A stretch of 64,000 bases of DNA from Antedon mediterranea (taxonomy: Eukaryota; Animalia; Echinodermata): positions 4,087,812 to 4,151,811 of the forward strand of contig NC_092675.1 in NCBI RefSeq assembly GCF_964355755.1, read 5' to 3'. Each line of letters begins with the position of its first letter. Positions within the stretch are counted from its first letter, which is position 1. The notes beneath the pieces are model-generated. The model saw only the letters and a program-made list of their open reading frames with translations. It ran no database searches and was not told where the DNA came from. Shown here piece after piece: positions 51,776-64,000 of the stretch. The position numbers and the translations under genes are program-made.

Positions 51776-51916
51776 AGCGTGGTTGCCATTAGAACGCACC
51801 ACAACAATGTATTGACGCAAAGTGATGTATTGTGTAATCACAAGTGGGAACCGATGACAGTGCTGCAAAAATTGCAGGTTTGATTTCACGTTGCGTCACT
51901 AGTAGGAACCAAGCTT
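51776..51916. mobile_element. MITE related to family 2 (degenerate)
   Basis: AGCGTGGTTGCCATTAG ... CTAGTAGGAACCAAGCT. Confidence 0.65.
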
Positions 51917-53906
51917 AGTTCTGTCTCTAGAGATGTTTGTTTGGAAAGGCTGTTCTCTCCCCCTTCAAAATTACCCAATGGGCATTATGTAAAAGTTTAA
52001 TTTCTAAGAAAAAGACATGTATTAGTATTAAAGCTGATTGTACAGTATTGACATTCATATATAATCTCACCCTAAAGGTAAAAGTGTGCAGAATAATTAA
52101 TAAATGATCCATGCCTACATTTTGGTCAAACTTTAATATAGAATCTCTCAAATATGATCTACAATTAGGAGGTGAAAAGATGCAAGTAATTTTAAAACTT
52201 GATTTTATTGGGCAACATTATCTGAGATGGTATATTGCGGCTCTAACAACTTGAGTCTATTGTATATTGGCTCTCTGTGTTAAAATATGGACAATTATTA
52301 CCTTTACTGCCCGAATCTTTTCAAATGCTTTAAGATGTGTCAGTTCAGTATGGATTGCCATGATTCAGTGATAGTACTTGATCTTGTTTCAAATTCTAAG
52401 AAGGGTAAGCTTTAACTGCATACCGAGTCAATTTGATACTTAAGTTTTAAGTTGCGTTCTTGTGTATTCCGAGGCTGAATGATTATTTTGTTTTTCACAT
52501 TAAATTGCGGAATGTGAATGTTTATCAATGTATAACATTTAGTATTAATTTTGTGAGCATCGTGAAATTCACAATCATCTTTCTCGTCTGCATAAATAGC
52601 CAGTCAAGGCGTTGAAGCGTGCAAGTATCAAGCCTCATCATAAGTTTACTATCCTCATTATGTACAGTGTTATCAATTATATTTTTAGTAGTTAACCTGT
52701 TTACTACAAAATAGGTTAATAGTACAACATGATTAAATGTTGTACAAACAACTAAATGAAATATCGACTTCCATAAACATTTAATTCCAAATGATTCTGT
52801 GCAAATCAACCACCATGATGAGGGCAGTTTTTAGACCTGCTAGTCTATTTTGTGCCTAACTTACCTAGATAAACCAACAATAGCCCTTTCTCCTTCGAAG
52901 AGCGAGATATAACTTGAAATGTAGAAATTCTCATTGAACACCCCTCTTCACAAATGGTATAATCCATAAACTATGAAATATTTATCAAAATACTTTATAC
53001 TATAAAATAAGGTTATTTTCCATTAAAATAAAAAAGAAAGTTGGATAGATTCAGAATATTCGTATTCAAAATTTTCTATGTAATTGGTTTTCATTTTTCT
53101 GAAAAAGAGAATGTTTTTTATTTCAATTTTATTAGTAAAATTTGACACATAAACTGACAAGTGCATCTTTAACGGCCCCTGTGCTTTGAACGAGAAACAT
53201 AAAATGTTATGATGTATAGTGCAAGCAATAAAACAACGTTAGGTATGCTAAAGTACTGTTAGACCAGCAGCATGTAACATCCGTACAAGAAGGATCATAA
53301 AGAGGATGTAGTATCTTGCAAAAGCATCAGCTATACTAGCCTTTTTATACTTTTTGTAAAATAATTAATTTTCAATTAGTGCAACCATGCATACTGCAGG
53401 GCTCCCTGCATACTCTATCTCCTAAAACCTGTATACTCTATTATATCTCCTAAACCAATAAGGTCGATACTTGCTTATACAGTACTTACCATAATACTGT
53501 ATATTTTTGTCACATATTCAGGTCACAGATTGGTCAAAAATACAGTCTTGTCCATAGGAAAGGTAGTGGCTATAGTAACTTGACTAACTTCTACAAAGGA
53601 ATGCATAGCCTGGTGGGCTTTAACAACCAACCACCAGCATCTTGCACAATATTTTGTATTTAACTTTTATTATTTCTACAGGGTATTTCTCTCAAGGCCT
53701 ACTACATATTTCATGCCAAAATGTTTAGATTTAAATTTATGAAAGTCACAGATGTTTATAAAAGAGTCATGAATTTAGGTATTGAATTTTGTCCATCAAT
53801 GTATCTGAAGAAAATGAATTTTATATGAGGTTGTCGGCTTTAATCAGTCGCTTATTTGACTTGAATATCTTGCCAACTTGTGCCTCTTAGCATGTATTCT
53901 TCAATC

Positions 53907-54272
53907 TACATTGGATTCCTCTCTTTTATTGGGGACAATCCTATTCAGGGGACATCCCTATTCAGGGGACATCCCTATTCAAGGGACATCCCTATTCAAG
54001 GGACATCCCTATTCAGGGGACATCCCTATTCAGGGGACATCCCTATTCAGGGGACATCCCTATTCAAGGGACATCCCTATTCAAGGGACATCCCTATTCA
54101 AGGGACATCCCTATTCAGGGGACATCCCTATTCAAGGGACATCCCTATTCAAGGGGCTCTTTTCTATGAAAAGAAACAATATTTTTTAACCCTGCAACCC
54201 AACCCCTATTGAGTTGTTAACAGTATAATGGGTCCCGAAAGGGTCCACCTATATAATAGGGCTTCTATTGTT
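53907..54272. mobile_element. Tc1/mariner-pogo-like MITE containing an expanded 17-bp minisatellite
   Basis: Degenerate TACATTGGATTCCTCT / AGGGCTTCTATTGT termini surrounding the repeat array. Confidence 0.5.
53939..54156. repeat. 17-bp minisatellite (CCCTATTCA(G/A)GGGACAT), 12-13 units
   Basis: Perfect head-to-tail units differing at one position. Confidence 0.97.
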
Positions 54273-54580
54273 ACAAGTTGAATTAATATTATAATTAATG
54301 GTACTGTATTTTGCTTTCCTTTCAAATGTAGTAAGTCTGCTTTATTTTCACAATTTATGATGCCTTTTATGACAATGTGTTGAAATTCCCACAGCTACCT
54401 ACACTGTACATGTGGGTAGACACTGTACAGGGTGATAATAAATTTAGCCATGTGTTAAAAAGATGCAAGTGTATGCTAACATTAATGATATTACCATTTT
54501 CATGCAAGTGAATATAAACTTGTTTAGCATAGTAACTCCTGTAATATGATTTAAACAGTACCTTATTTATTTAAACCATA

Positions 54581-54774
54581 TACAGTCAACTCTCCTACCG
54601 GACGCTCTGAAAACCGGAAACTCACTGAAACCAGACTTTTCTTGAGGTCTAAAAGGTCTTAAATTCATTTTTATCATTATTAGAAAAACATTCCAAATAC
54701 TGTACCAGACTTTCTAGAAAACCAGACATATTAGGCCAGCCCAATTGTGTCCAGTATTGAGAGAGTTCACTGTA
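54581..54774. mobile_element. Tc1/mariner-pogo-like MITE (TA|CAGTCAACTCTC ... GAGAGTTCACTG|TA)
   Basis: TIRs with TA flanks; a related right end GGAGAGTTGACTGTA lies at about 27828-27842. Confidence 0.75.
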
Positions 54775-56378
54775 TCTTTCTTTTATCGTGGACTTAATTT
54801 TGACCGATCCTCAAAAGTCACTTCTCTGTTATTAATATTGACGCCTTTAAACACTTTGAATCACAACATTTTTATTTTATTTATTTTATTTATTCAATTT
54901 CTGCCATAAATATAAGAAGACAAAACAATTATAAAAGGAGGCACGGAAAGACCAAACAGGTAGTAAACACCTATGCTAGTTGGTCAACCCAGAACAGAGA
55001 AAAATAAATAAATTACGTTCTACAATAAAAGCATCGATAAGAAAGCGACCAACTACACACATTTTCAATATCAAAATTAAAAAATGAGAAATCGGTATTA
55101 TTTCAAGTAAAAATTAGGCATACTGTATAAACAAACTACAAAATTGGTTTGAAGAATAATTTTGTGAGTTTAAAAAAATATTTTTATATAAAAAAAGTAT
55201 CTAAAGTTGGACAAAACCTATGAATAATAATTCATTGCACTTTTCTATTTATTATTGCTATACGTTAAAGTAACAAAATCTTCTATTTCGATACTTGATG
55301 TTCGCCCCATTCTAAACTAATAAAATTGTTAGCAAGAGCTCTAATTGCTTCTGGATATTATTGTTAAATCTTGCCTAATTGGTCTTTTGAGGACTGATAT
55401 CAACGATGGATATTGGCAACTGCTGTGTAAAGGGAATGAAAGCTGATCTATAAAGGAGGGAGCCTTATTAATAGTGTACGATATGAAACCCAGAATATTA
55501 AACACTAAATGTTAATTGTTCTACTTGTAATTTTAGTATTTTATTTAGTAACAAACTGTGCACAGTGGTGCTCATATATTTTTCTAGTCTCCCTGATGTA
55601 TATCAACTTGATTATATTTCTTTAAAAACTTTTATTTATACAATGTTTCTATTAAAGGCCTGTTTCTATAGAGCAATAGAATGGAACAGATTAATGGGTC
55701 CCTTCAGAAAACCACAAAAAACAAAGATCTTAAATACAGTTTAAAAAACCCCAATTGATTCCTGGTCTTTATCGTCAAACCCATTTTTTAGCTACAATGC
55801 AATCTAGAACTGTGAATTCCAATAAACGTTTGGAACTGTCCTTTATAATATTCAGACACAAGCCTATTCATCTTCCATGACTCACACTGCGAGTATATCG
55901 GAATGAATACAGTAGCTTTTAGATTGTTGTGATAGTATTATTATTATTATATTTAATGGCTTGGAAAATTAAATGCATTATTGTTCAAGTTCAATTTATA
56001 AGTTTAGTAATTTATTTCACAGCTGGCCCTGTGGAATATTGAGAGATTATTTCATATCTATTGTTCCTCTGGTTTGGAGGATGTTCCATTACCAGGTTGA
56101 ATAAAAATCCAAGGCCAGGCTAGTATATCTGACTGGAAAACTGAATGAAAACTGGGATAACTAAGGGTCTTTTTCTGCTGCAGAGCGCCGAAAAAAACCT
56201 GATTATTTCAAAAATGTAATTTTTATATTGACTGCATTTCTGCTCAATTATTGCTCCAAAATGACCGTTTAAATCAGTGGGTGGTTAGAATTACCCAAAA
56301 TGCAATTGGTCCTTATTTATAAGTTATAAAAAGGTGGATTTACTTGGCTCTTTAATCAATATCTTAAACAATTATAAC

Positions 56379-56429
56379 CAGGAAATAGTGAAATTACAAA
56401 TTTTAATCAATCAATTTCACTCTTCCCTG
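56379..56429. mobile_element. 17-bp TIR arms with filler (putative excision footprint)
   Basis: CAGGAAATAGTGAAATT-17 nt-AATTTCACTCTTCCCTG. Confidence 0.5.
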
Positions 56430-56480
56430 ATAAAAACATACCACATTGTTTCATGGAGAAAAGGTCGAGATTTCTCTATG

Positions 56481-56558
56481 ATTTGACGCAGGGCGGAGTT
56501 ATTACTAAAGTATAAACAGTACTTTACTCTTAGTAATACCTCCGCCCTGTATCAAATT
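56481..56558. repeat. Imperfect hairpin of about 78 bp (mini-MITE)
   Basis: ATTTGACGCAGGGCGGAGTTATTACTAA / TTAGTAATACCTCCGCCCTGTATCAAAT. Confidence 0.7.
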
Positions 56559-58990
56559 CCTCCTGTACCTCCTTGAGCAACTTGTGTACAAAATAATTCA
56601 CTCTGGCTCAAAATCGTTCAATACTAATCAACCAAACTACCAAGCTTAACTAAATAATGTTTTATTTTATTCAATCAAAACCAACAGTGATAATTACCAC
56701 CACTAACAGGTTTGAAACATAAAACAATACAACGTCACAAACAGTTAGTAATAATTATTTTTATAATTTAAAAACATTATTAATATTAGTGATAGAGATA
56801 TTGTACAGTATAGAGTGTGGTAAATAATATAAAAAGTTAAACAGAGGAGACATTTGCTAGTCTTATACTGTCTTTTCATATTTGTTTTTCTTTTTAATGT
56901 CGAATTTTAAATGAAATTGAAAAGTTTGAATGTGATTTACTGTACAACAATCCATCACCACTCAGTTCATGTCGTGTTCAAATCAAATCTTCATCTTCTG
57001 GAAAAACCTAATTCCTTCGGCATTTTATGCCACATTTAATGTAGCATTCAGTAAATAGAAGATTTTATATTATCCTTCCGTATCAAGGTTAGCGTCTTTA
57101 AATTTAATACTATTTTTATGAAGAATATTTCTTCTAGATTGTTTAATTTTTGGCTTTTCTCACAACATAAATCACAATTCTTAATAATTTTAATTGCCAA
57201 AGTACTGTATTAAATATTTAGTGCATCATTAGACAAAAAAATTTGCCAAATAAATTTGCCAAATTGTAATTGATAAGTTAGACCTTTGGTTACTTTTTTG
57301 TGTTACCCTGAATTCATTCTTTGTATTTTATATGTTGTGTTTTTGTGAATTTGAATAAAGAAAAAAAAAATGATAAAAGTTTAACATACTGTAATTACAG
57401 GAGTACGATACTACTGTAAATAGTACTCTTACGGTTCTTACAGATTATTCTATTGCAATTATTATGCAGTAACTATGTTTTTTTTTCTGAAATAAAAACA
57501 ATAACTTGTTTTTACTTTGTATGAAGCTGTCTACAATACACAATGTGTATAATTATCACCAAAAAAATGGTTTAGTAAATAATTGTATAAACATGAGGTT
57601 AAAGAGTTTAAACAAAATATAGTTACTGCAGTAACTGAAGTAGAACATATTTGCTATGGTCTCTTAAAACAATGAGACCTTGACAATAATATAGTTTATT
57701 GTGTCTTTAAATATACAAGCTCCTTTTAATGCCAGTCTTGTACAGAAAAAAAAAACATGACAGTAAGCGAACTAGTTTTAAAACACCAATGTACTCATTT
57801 ACTTTGTATGATGAACATTGTGTTGTAAATTCTTGCATGTATAACACACTATAGTTAACAACATCTCGTCGGCATTTTCTATGCCCCTGTGTAATTCTCT
57901 TGAGAGGATGATTCACCTAAGTATGTCACTGTATACACGTTCTTCTCGTTGACTCGCTTGTCAACAATTAATAGCGTCCATCAGCGGAGTGGAATTATGG
58001 GAAAATGGATTAAGGTGAGCAAAAGTAACAACTACAAATATTGACCGTTTTTCGTGAATCTATGAAAAGTCCAACTTTAGAGCTTTTATTTTAAGTATTA
58101 TAGAAGATCATTGTGAAAAAAATAGATCGGATAATAAATCTAAATCGTAATAACTGATAATATATCTTATTTATCTATATCTGTCTCTGAAATCCACAAC
58201 ATTTGAAATAAAATAGATTTGAATTGAAGAACAACATTAGTTTTCAATAAAAAAAAGTTATTAATTTTAGAACTCAAAATCTAATTCTTTAAATTTGAAT
58301 TAGTTAAATTAAAGACAGGAGAAAGAGAATTTGTTTTCTATTTTTAAAATTTTGTCAAGATAGTTATTAAAAAAAATAAAGAACTATGATTAATGAGAAT
58401 AAACAAACTGTACAAGCTATTTTAATATTATTAGAATGCAAAGCTAAAATACAGCACACATTTTACTTAATACGAAATGTTATTTATGAATCATATAACC
58501 TAGTTACTTTTACTAGTTGATGAATGTAAAAGTAAGTGATTTGTTTTTTCTTGTCTTATTTATTTATTTTAAATGTCTTTCCAGAATGAATGTGGTTGTC
58601 TTCATTTTGTATGTTTTAATAAATTTCCTCTGTAATTAATAATAATATCACAAAATAAATATTTATTTATTTTTGGTAATCAAATGAAAGTTCATAAGAA
58701 CTTTAAGCAGTGACCCAGAAAAATTATAGAACATTTTGGATCATCTGGTATTACATAATATTGAATGATCTAACATTTATCAATCTTTAAGTAAAAAACA
58801 GTAGCTTTTTTTTTATTAATCAAAGAAAAATATGCAAAACTATTTGCTCACAGTAGGTTATTTTACAAACTGAATTATTAATTGAAATTAATTAATTAAA
58901 ACAAAATCATTAGATTAAAACAAAGTAAAGATAATTTGATTACTAAGTAAGTTCAATAAATCTGTCTCTTGTCTATAGTATCAGTCTTAC

Positions 58991-59019
58991 CAGGGAAGAG
59001 TTAAATTAACTCTTCCCTG
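58991..59019. mobile_element. Perfect 29-bp palindrome with perfect 7-bp TSD (putative excision footprint)
   Basis: GTCTTAC|CAGGGAAGAGTTAAATTAACTCTTCCCTG|GTCTTAC. Confidence 0.7.
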
Positions 59020-59723
59020 GTCTTACTGATCCAGATATAAGCCCATCCTTAGATATTAAGCCCATACAAAGTTATTGTTTATACATTCAATTTAGATAAT
59101 CAGATTAAAAATATGATATAGAAATATAATATAATATATCTCATAGAAATGTTATAGTGAATAAGGTGTGTCTTATAAATAAATATGTTGTGGAACAAAG
59201 ATTGTCTGTATTAAGAATGTCTATGAATAAAAACTTATGTCCCTTGTGGAATAAAGGAGAAAAATGCATATCTTCAGACTATCTTAGCCTTTTCTTAATG
59301 GTCTTATACTGCTACACCATAATCAGCTGAGTATTCATTCTAAGCTGTTACTTTGTGATAGCTGTGGATTGATTTTGCATTGATTAGTAACAGAATATCA
59401 TGATTTAATGTAGCAAATTGAATGTTCTGTCAATAGGTGCATCTTAGTGGAATGATTGTCATGGAGATGGCATGTTTACAGATTGCTATACAAAATTTGA
59501 ACTGGGTTTGACTCCTCTATTGAATTTAATAATAATTAACCTATGATTTTTTGTTTTTAAGTAGAGTTTGGTTAAAGAGGGCCCTACGAGGTTTAGATGA
59601 GAATTTAAAATAGAAGGAAATACTAAAAGTATGAAATTGTAGAGGGAAGAAATTAAGATAAGATCAAAATGATATAAAGAAAGAAGAAAAATAAAAACTT
59701 AAAAAGTAGATTGAAATTTGTAA

Positions 59724-60030
59724 GGGCGTGTGGCGCATTGTGTTGGATGTTCGACTATTGATCGTGAGATCGAGGTTCAAATCCAACTCTCGCCACATTG
59801 CTTGTATCTTTAGGCAAGATACTTTACTTACGTTTGCCTCTCTCCACCCAGGTGTATAAATGGGAACCCGGTTTAGATCAAGACACAACTTTGCACTGAT
59901 TACTAGCTGCATTATGGGAGTATGTTTCCATACATGTTTGATCAACAAAAAAAATGACTTGGGTAATAATGTTTAGCGCTTAGAGGTTTCAAAACATTAG
60001 GCACTATACAAATTTAGAAAATTATTATTA
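59724..60030 (+). mobile_element. Full-length tRNA-derived CORE-like SINE
   Basis: tRNA-like head (GTGGCGCATTGTG, GGTTCAAATCC), CORE-like TTAGGCAAGATACTT...CCACCCAGGTGTATAAATGGG, and L2-like tail AGCGCTTAGAG...(ATT)n. Confidence 0.85.
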
Positions 60031-60586
60031 AATTATTTGCTCTATATAATTATGAGCTTATCATAGAAATGTGCTCTAAAATTGTTAGTGAGATAAAAAT
60101 CCTTGATTGGTCAATATTTGTAGTTAGACATTTCAAAGCATACTTAATTAAAAGCCACTATATTTCCACTAACTGCTCTTGTTGCAAAGCTACTAAAATT
60201 CATCTAATAATTTATTTTTTTTACATCATTTCTTAGAAATTCTATTGGTTTTGTTTTTAATAATACAATTCTGAAAACAAATTGTCAATCGTGTAGCTAT
60301 CATTTCGGATGCATCATCAATCAAATTTGTTTTAAGTAGAGAATTAATAAAAATCTTTTAATTTCGAATTACATATTTATGTCTACTAAGTTTATATGAG
60401 TTGTCAGTGTCACCCTCGTATATTACAGACTTTGGCATAGTATTTAGTTCATGTTATGAGCCTATAAAATGAGTCTATAAAATGTAAATTAAACATCATC
60501 TATAAAGCACAATGATATATTCGATGTCTATTGAGTGCAAGTATGTTGGTGCCAGTTGAATGATAAGATTGCATGGTATTCACTCC

Positions 60587-60959
60587 TATAGAGTTCTGCG
60601 GTGTGGACGTCACAACGATAGATGGCACTGTGTGGTTGCTAGCGCAACCAAAAATGCGTTCAACGCTACTATGTTAATAAACTATATATCTGTATTTCTA
60701 TAAAAAATTATGTATCTTAGCTTGATTTTTTTAAACTTAAACTGTAGTTGAGGAATAGTCAGATTTTAAAATTAAAAACAAATATTTAGTGATCTTTTGA
60801 AATTTTAGTTGGTGAAAATTATTAAGTTTTAAAATGACTACTTCAATAAGCCTATTCTAAACCATTGGTGACCTTGGAGTCACTTAGGCAGGGTGAACGT
60901 TTTATATCTACGGAACGGCGCCACCTACCGTCGTGACGTCAGTACCGCAGAACTCTATA
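60587..60959. mobile_element. Non-autonomous DNA element with TIRs of about 45 bp
   Basis: TATAGAGTTCTGCGGT..GACGTCAC.ACGATAGATGGC / GCCACCTACCGTCGTGACGTCAGTACCGCAGAACTCTATA. Confidence 0.75.
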
Positions 60960-61098
60960 ATATTCTCTTTCTGTGTTTCTCGGATACAGTAATCAATCTC
61001 AGACCATCCATTTTTTGCATCTCACCAAAAAGGTTAATCTTAATTTGAAGCATGTCCCTCCTCCTCCCCCCTTTAAATAGAGTGTTCTATGATATTTC

Positions 61099-61272
61099 TT
61101 GTTGTTGTTGCTAACGTTTTCCGTCTTCCGACATTACGCTTTCCACAATTTGTTTCCATTTTTTTCTGTTTATGGCAGGATGGTTTGTTATTGTGTTAGT
61201 GTCTACTAGTCCTTGTAAGTCTTTCTTTATTTGATTCATCCAGTTATTTCTTGGTCTTCCTACGGGTCGTTT
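61099..61272 (-). mobile_element. 5'-truncated RTE LINE copy
   Basis: About 160 bp read as identical to 49427-49588; (CAA)n tail. Confidence 0.9.
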
Positions 61273-61923
61273 TTAAAATGATTAAAACCCTAGAAGTTTT
61301 TATTCATCAAATCATTTCAAAATGCTTGTCCCTTCAAAACTCTGAAACTTTAATCAATCTTCTCTTCCTACAAAGTTTAAAATTTCAATTTTATAGTCAA
61401 TAATGCAAAATATAGTATACCTTCTTTCATGGGTATTTATGATTTATGTAGTTATTTTTTTTATAGTGTCCATATTGCGGAAGTATAACGCAAATGATTT
61501 AAGAGGATGTAGTAGAAACTAAAGAAATAAACAGGTGTTTTAAATAATTTCTCTACTTTTGTCTTCCTAATGTTCTGTTCTGTTATCGATAGACTCACTG
61601 CAGCATTGTAATACATTGTCTTGATTAACTGATGAATTTCATAGTGTTACAAATCGGATAGCTTAGCTTTATAGCAAAATTATTAAGATTTAACTTAACG
61701 TCAGCCTATGTCTCTTTGTAGTCTTCCTATGCACTATTAGAAAATAATAAATGGACAACATAACAATTACTGGTAATCAAGAAGACTTAGTTTCATGTTA
61801 TTTTCTCCAGTGCTAATAATGTAAATAAAAGCCTAACCATATACAATTACTCGATGCAGACTACTTTGACTTTAAGATGGAGTGACTAATTTTAAAAGTC
61901 GTATAATTTTCAATTTCGAGATC

Positions 61924-62688
61924 TAGTTTCTGCGGCATATCAGCAATCCAAGGATTCTTGCTTGCTCTCGATAATCCGCAAAATGAGAATGATTACTTTG
62001 ACATTTAGAAAGTAGCTGCCCACATTATGTGGTCTGTGGTGACGTCTTGCCGCAGGAGTCCGCAGTTAATATCGCCAGTCTGATTTGTATCGGATATAAA
62101 TGAAATTATTTAAATGAGTTTTTAACAACAAATTTCCAGCCAATTTGGTTGATCTAGATCTGAAGTCTTTACATTCATTAGGGCATAATGTTGCCTTGGT
62201 GATCCTTTTGTAGTTAAGTGATGATATTTGAAGTATTATTGTACATCAACTCAACATTATGTGAAGATGTTCAGGTTATCGCAAACTGTGTTAATTGTAT
62301 CATAATGTATTAGAACTGGATTTTATATTTAAGAATTGCTGTTAAACTCTTTATATTTCAAGTTTTCTTTTTTTTTTACTTGTGTAGCCCGACGTTTGTT
62401 GGTTTTGCAGATTGAAAAATATAGTATAGGTGGGATCTGTGGTAGCTAAATAGTAGTAATTCATACAAACCTTCCTTGTTTCCTGACATTTCTTTTCCTT
62501 ATTTCTCTTTATACACTTTACAATATTGTTATGATTATGATGCATTCATATTTGTAACACAGTTTTATACTACCAACAATATTCTCAAGAATAGATCATT
62601 TACAGGCTGATGGTAGCAATAGAGAATCCATCTGCAATGTGTTTTAAGTTTATATATATAAAATATTGCTGATATGCCGCAGAATTTG
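61924..62688. mobile_element. Possible TIR element
   Basis: Inverted pair TTCTGCGGCATATCAGCAAT (about 61928) / ATTGCTGATATGCCGCAGAA (about 62664). Confidence 0.5.
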
Positions 62689-62872
62689 TTTATATATATA
62701 AAAGTATCTCTTCGGAGATCCCGCCTTGTGAATAAAAATACTGAAAGATGAGGGCGTATCAATTTGATCTCTGGTGCGCGTGCGTACAACTGAGGACTAG
62801 TGCTGTTCCGCCGTATCACGCCGAGAATGTTAAAGAGTCGCTATCCAATCGAGTTTGAACAATACCATGAAA

Positions 62873-62944
62873 GCCCCAGTGGTCTAATGGTTAGGACATC
62901 TGCATATCAAGCAGGCGGTCCAAGTTCGAGTCTCGGTTGGGGCG
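62873..62944 (+). tRNA. tRNA-like gene or pseudogene with ATC anticodon (Asp-like)
   Basis: 72 nt: acceptor stem GCCCCAG/TTGGGGC plus G73, D arm GTCT...GGAC, anticodon stem TCTGC/GCAGG with loop ATATCAA, T arm CCAAG-TTCGAGT-CTCGG (one mismatch), followed by TTTTT. Probably repeat-borne or a pseudogene. Confidence 0.6.
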
Positions 62945-64000
62945 AATTTTTCTCATTCTCACAGATTTCCTCATCTTTATCGTTTAAAATTAATTAATTA
63001 AATTTCAGTATATCACCGGGTGGTTTAGAATTACTGTTCTTTGCCTGATTTGTTTATAAAAGGTATAATGTATAGCCTATTGTACATCAAGTTTTAGGTA
63101 TGGGAGTAAACCTAGGAACCAACATGTAACCAACGCTATGATATTATAGATTAAGATTAAGTAGATTTTAATGCTATTTTATTAGGAAATATAATCATTA
63201 AAAAGATATATGCTGTAAACCAAGGTAACAACAAGCATTCCAAGGGAGCATACCTCCACCCACACATAGCATAAGCGGAATATTAACACACAAACGAAAC
63301 ACTTTGTGAAGTATAACACCCTATAGTTTTCCTAAATAAGTACCTGGACGTGTGGATTTTTCCACAGACAAACCAAAAACAAACAAAACATTTGGAAAGA
63401 CAATAATAGCAAAATAGCAAAATAGGAAAGAAAGTATAACCTGACGTACATAACAATGTATTTTTTGTGTCAATTTTCTTTAGACTGTAATAGTCTTCTC
63501 CAGCTTAAGTACATACTAATGCATACTTTTACTAGAATGCAAAAACATAATATAATTCTGCAGTCCAAATGAGAAATCTAAGACGGATTGAAAATCAAGG
63601 CTCAAGTGAGCAATCCAACAACTAAAGATAAATAATGCAAGGGATACAAATGTCATATCAAATCAATTGATGTTATTTGCCTGCTAACTGATGTTGACTA
63701 GATCAATCATATTTCATGAATTTGCTATGCTGATCTGATGCAAGGTGTAAATTATACGAGTCCAAAGGCATTTATATTACAGGCATTTAAAAAAGCAGTA
63801 CCGGCACTAGTACAAATACTTGATAAAGTAGTTTGGTATAAATGATGGCTAGGATGATAATTCAAGTTGTTAGAAGACCAGTTTGAATTATCATTTTTTA
63901 ATTTAGTCTTAATATAATCTATTCATGCCAATTAATATCCATCCACATTACTATTATCCGTGCCATCCCTATCTACTGTATCCTCGCCAAATAAATTCCA

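Noticed and set aside
53878-54212. ORFs with repeating GHPYSGDIPIQGTSLF peptides
   Set aside because: Translation of the stop-free 17-bp minisatellite.
56023-56095. Candidate second exon for the 38023 gene
   Set aside because: It has a stop in the required phase and a weak donor.

Overview
AT-rich, intron-containing animal genomic DNA. A marine invertebrate such as an echinoderm is plausible but is inference only; nothing here looks prokaryotic and there is no CRISPR array. Hand-splicing on GT-AG boundaries gives these genes: (1) the 3' tail of an unknown gene at 2-175; (2) an 8-exon P4HTM-like EF-hand prolyl 4-hydroxylase (+, 1912-6509) whose KEEL-ending tail is 1 nt out of frame; (3) a 7-exon PRXL2C/AAED1 (-, 8512-13117) with CxxS in place of CxxC; (4) a tandem cluster of three paralogous small type-I membrane proteins (-, 14746-28322); (5) a Tctex1-domain dynein light chain (-, 30993-34066); (6) the signal-peptide first exon of an unidentified gene (+, 38023-38164), followed by more than 25 kb with no recognisable exon. 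Each cluster protein has one Sushi/CCP-like domain, a micro-exon stalk, a conserved TM exon and a tail with RPPxPxPR and tyrosine motifs; this cluster is the best candidate for an undescribed receptor system. Non-coding DNA holds many MITEs, tRNA- and 5S-derived SINEs, RTE LINE ends, minisatellites, a tRNA-Asp(ATC)-like gene, and 25-50 bp palindromes with 7-bp TSDs that look like P-superfamily excision footprints. All homology calls come from recognising motifs by eye, not from database searches.
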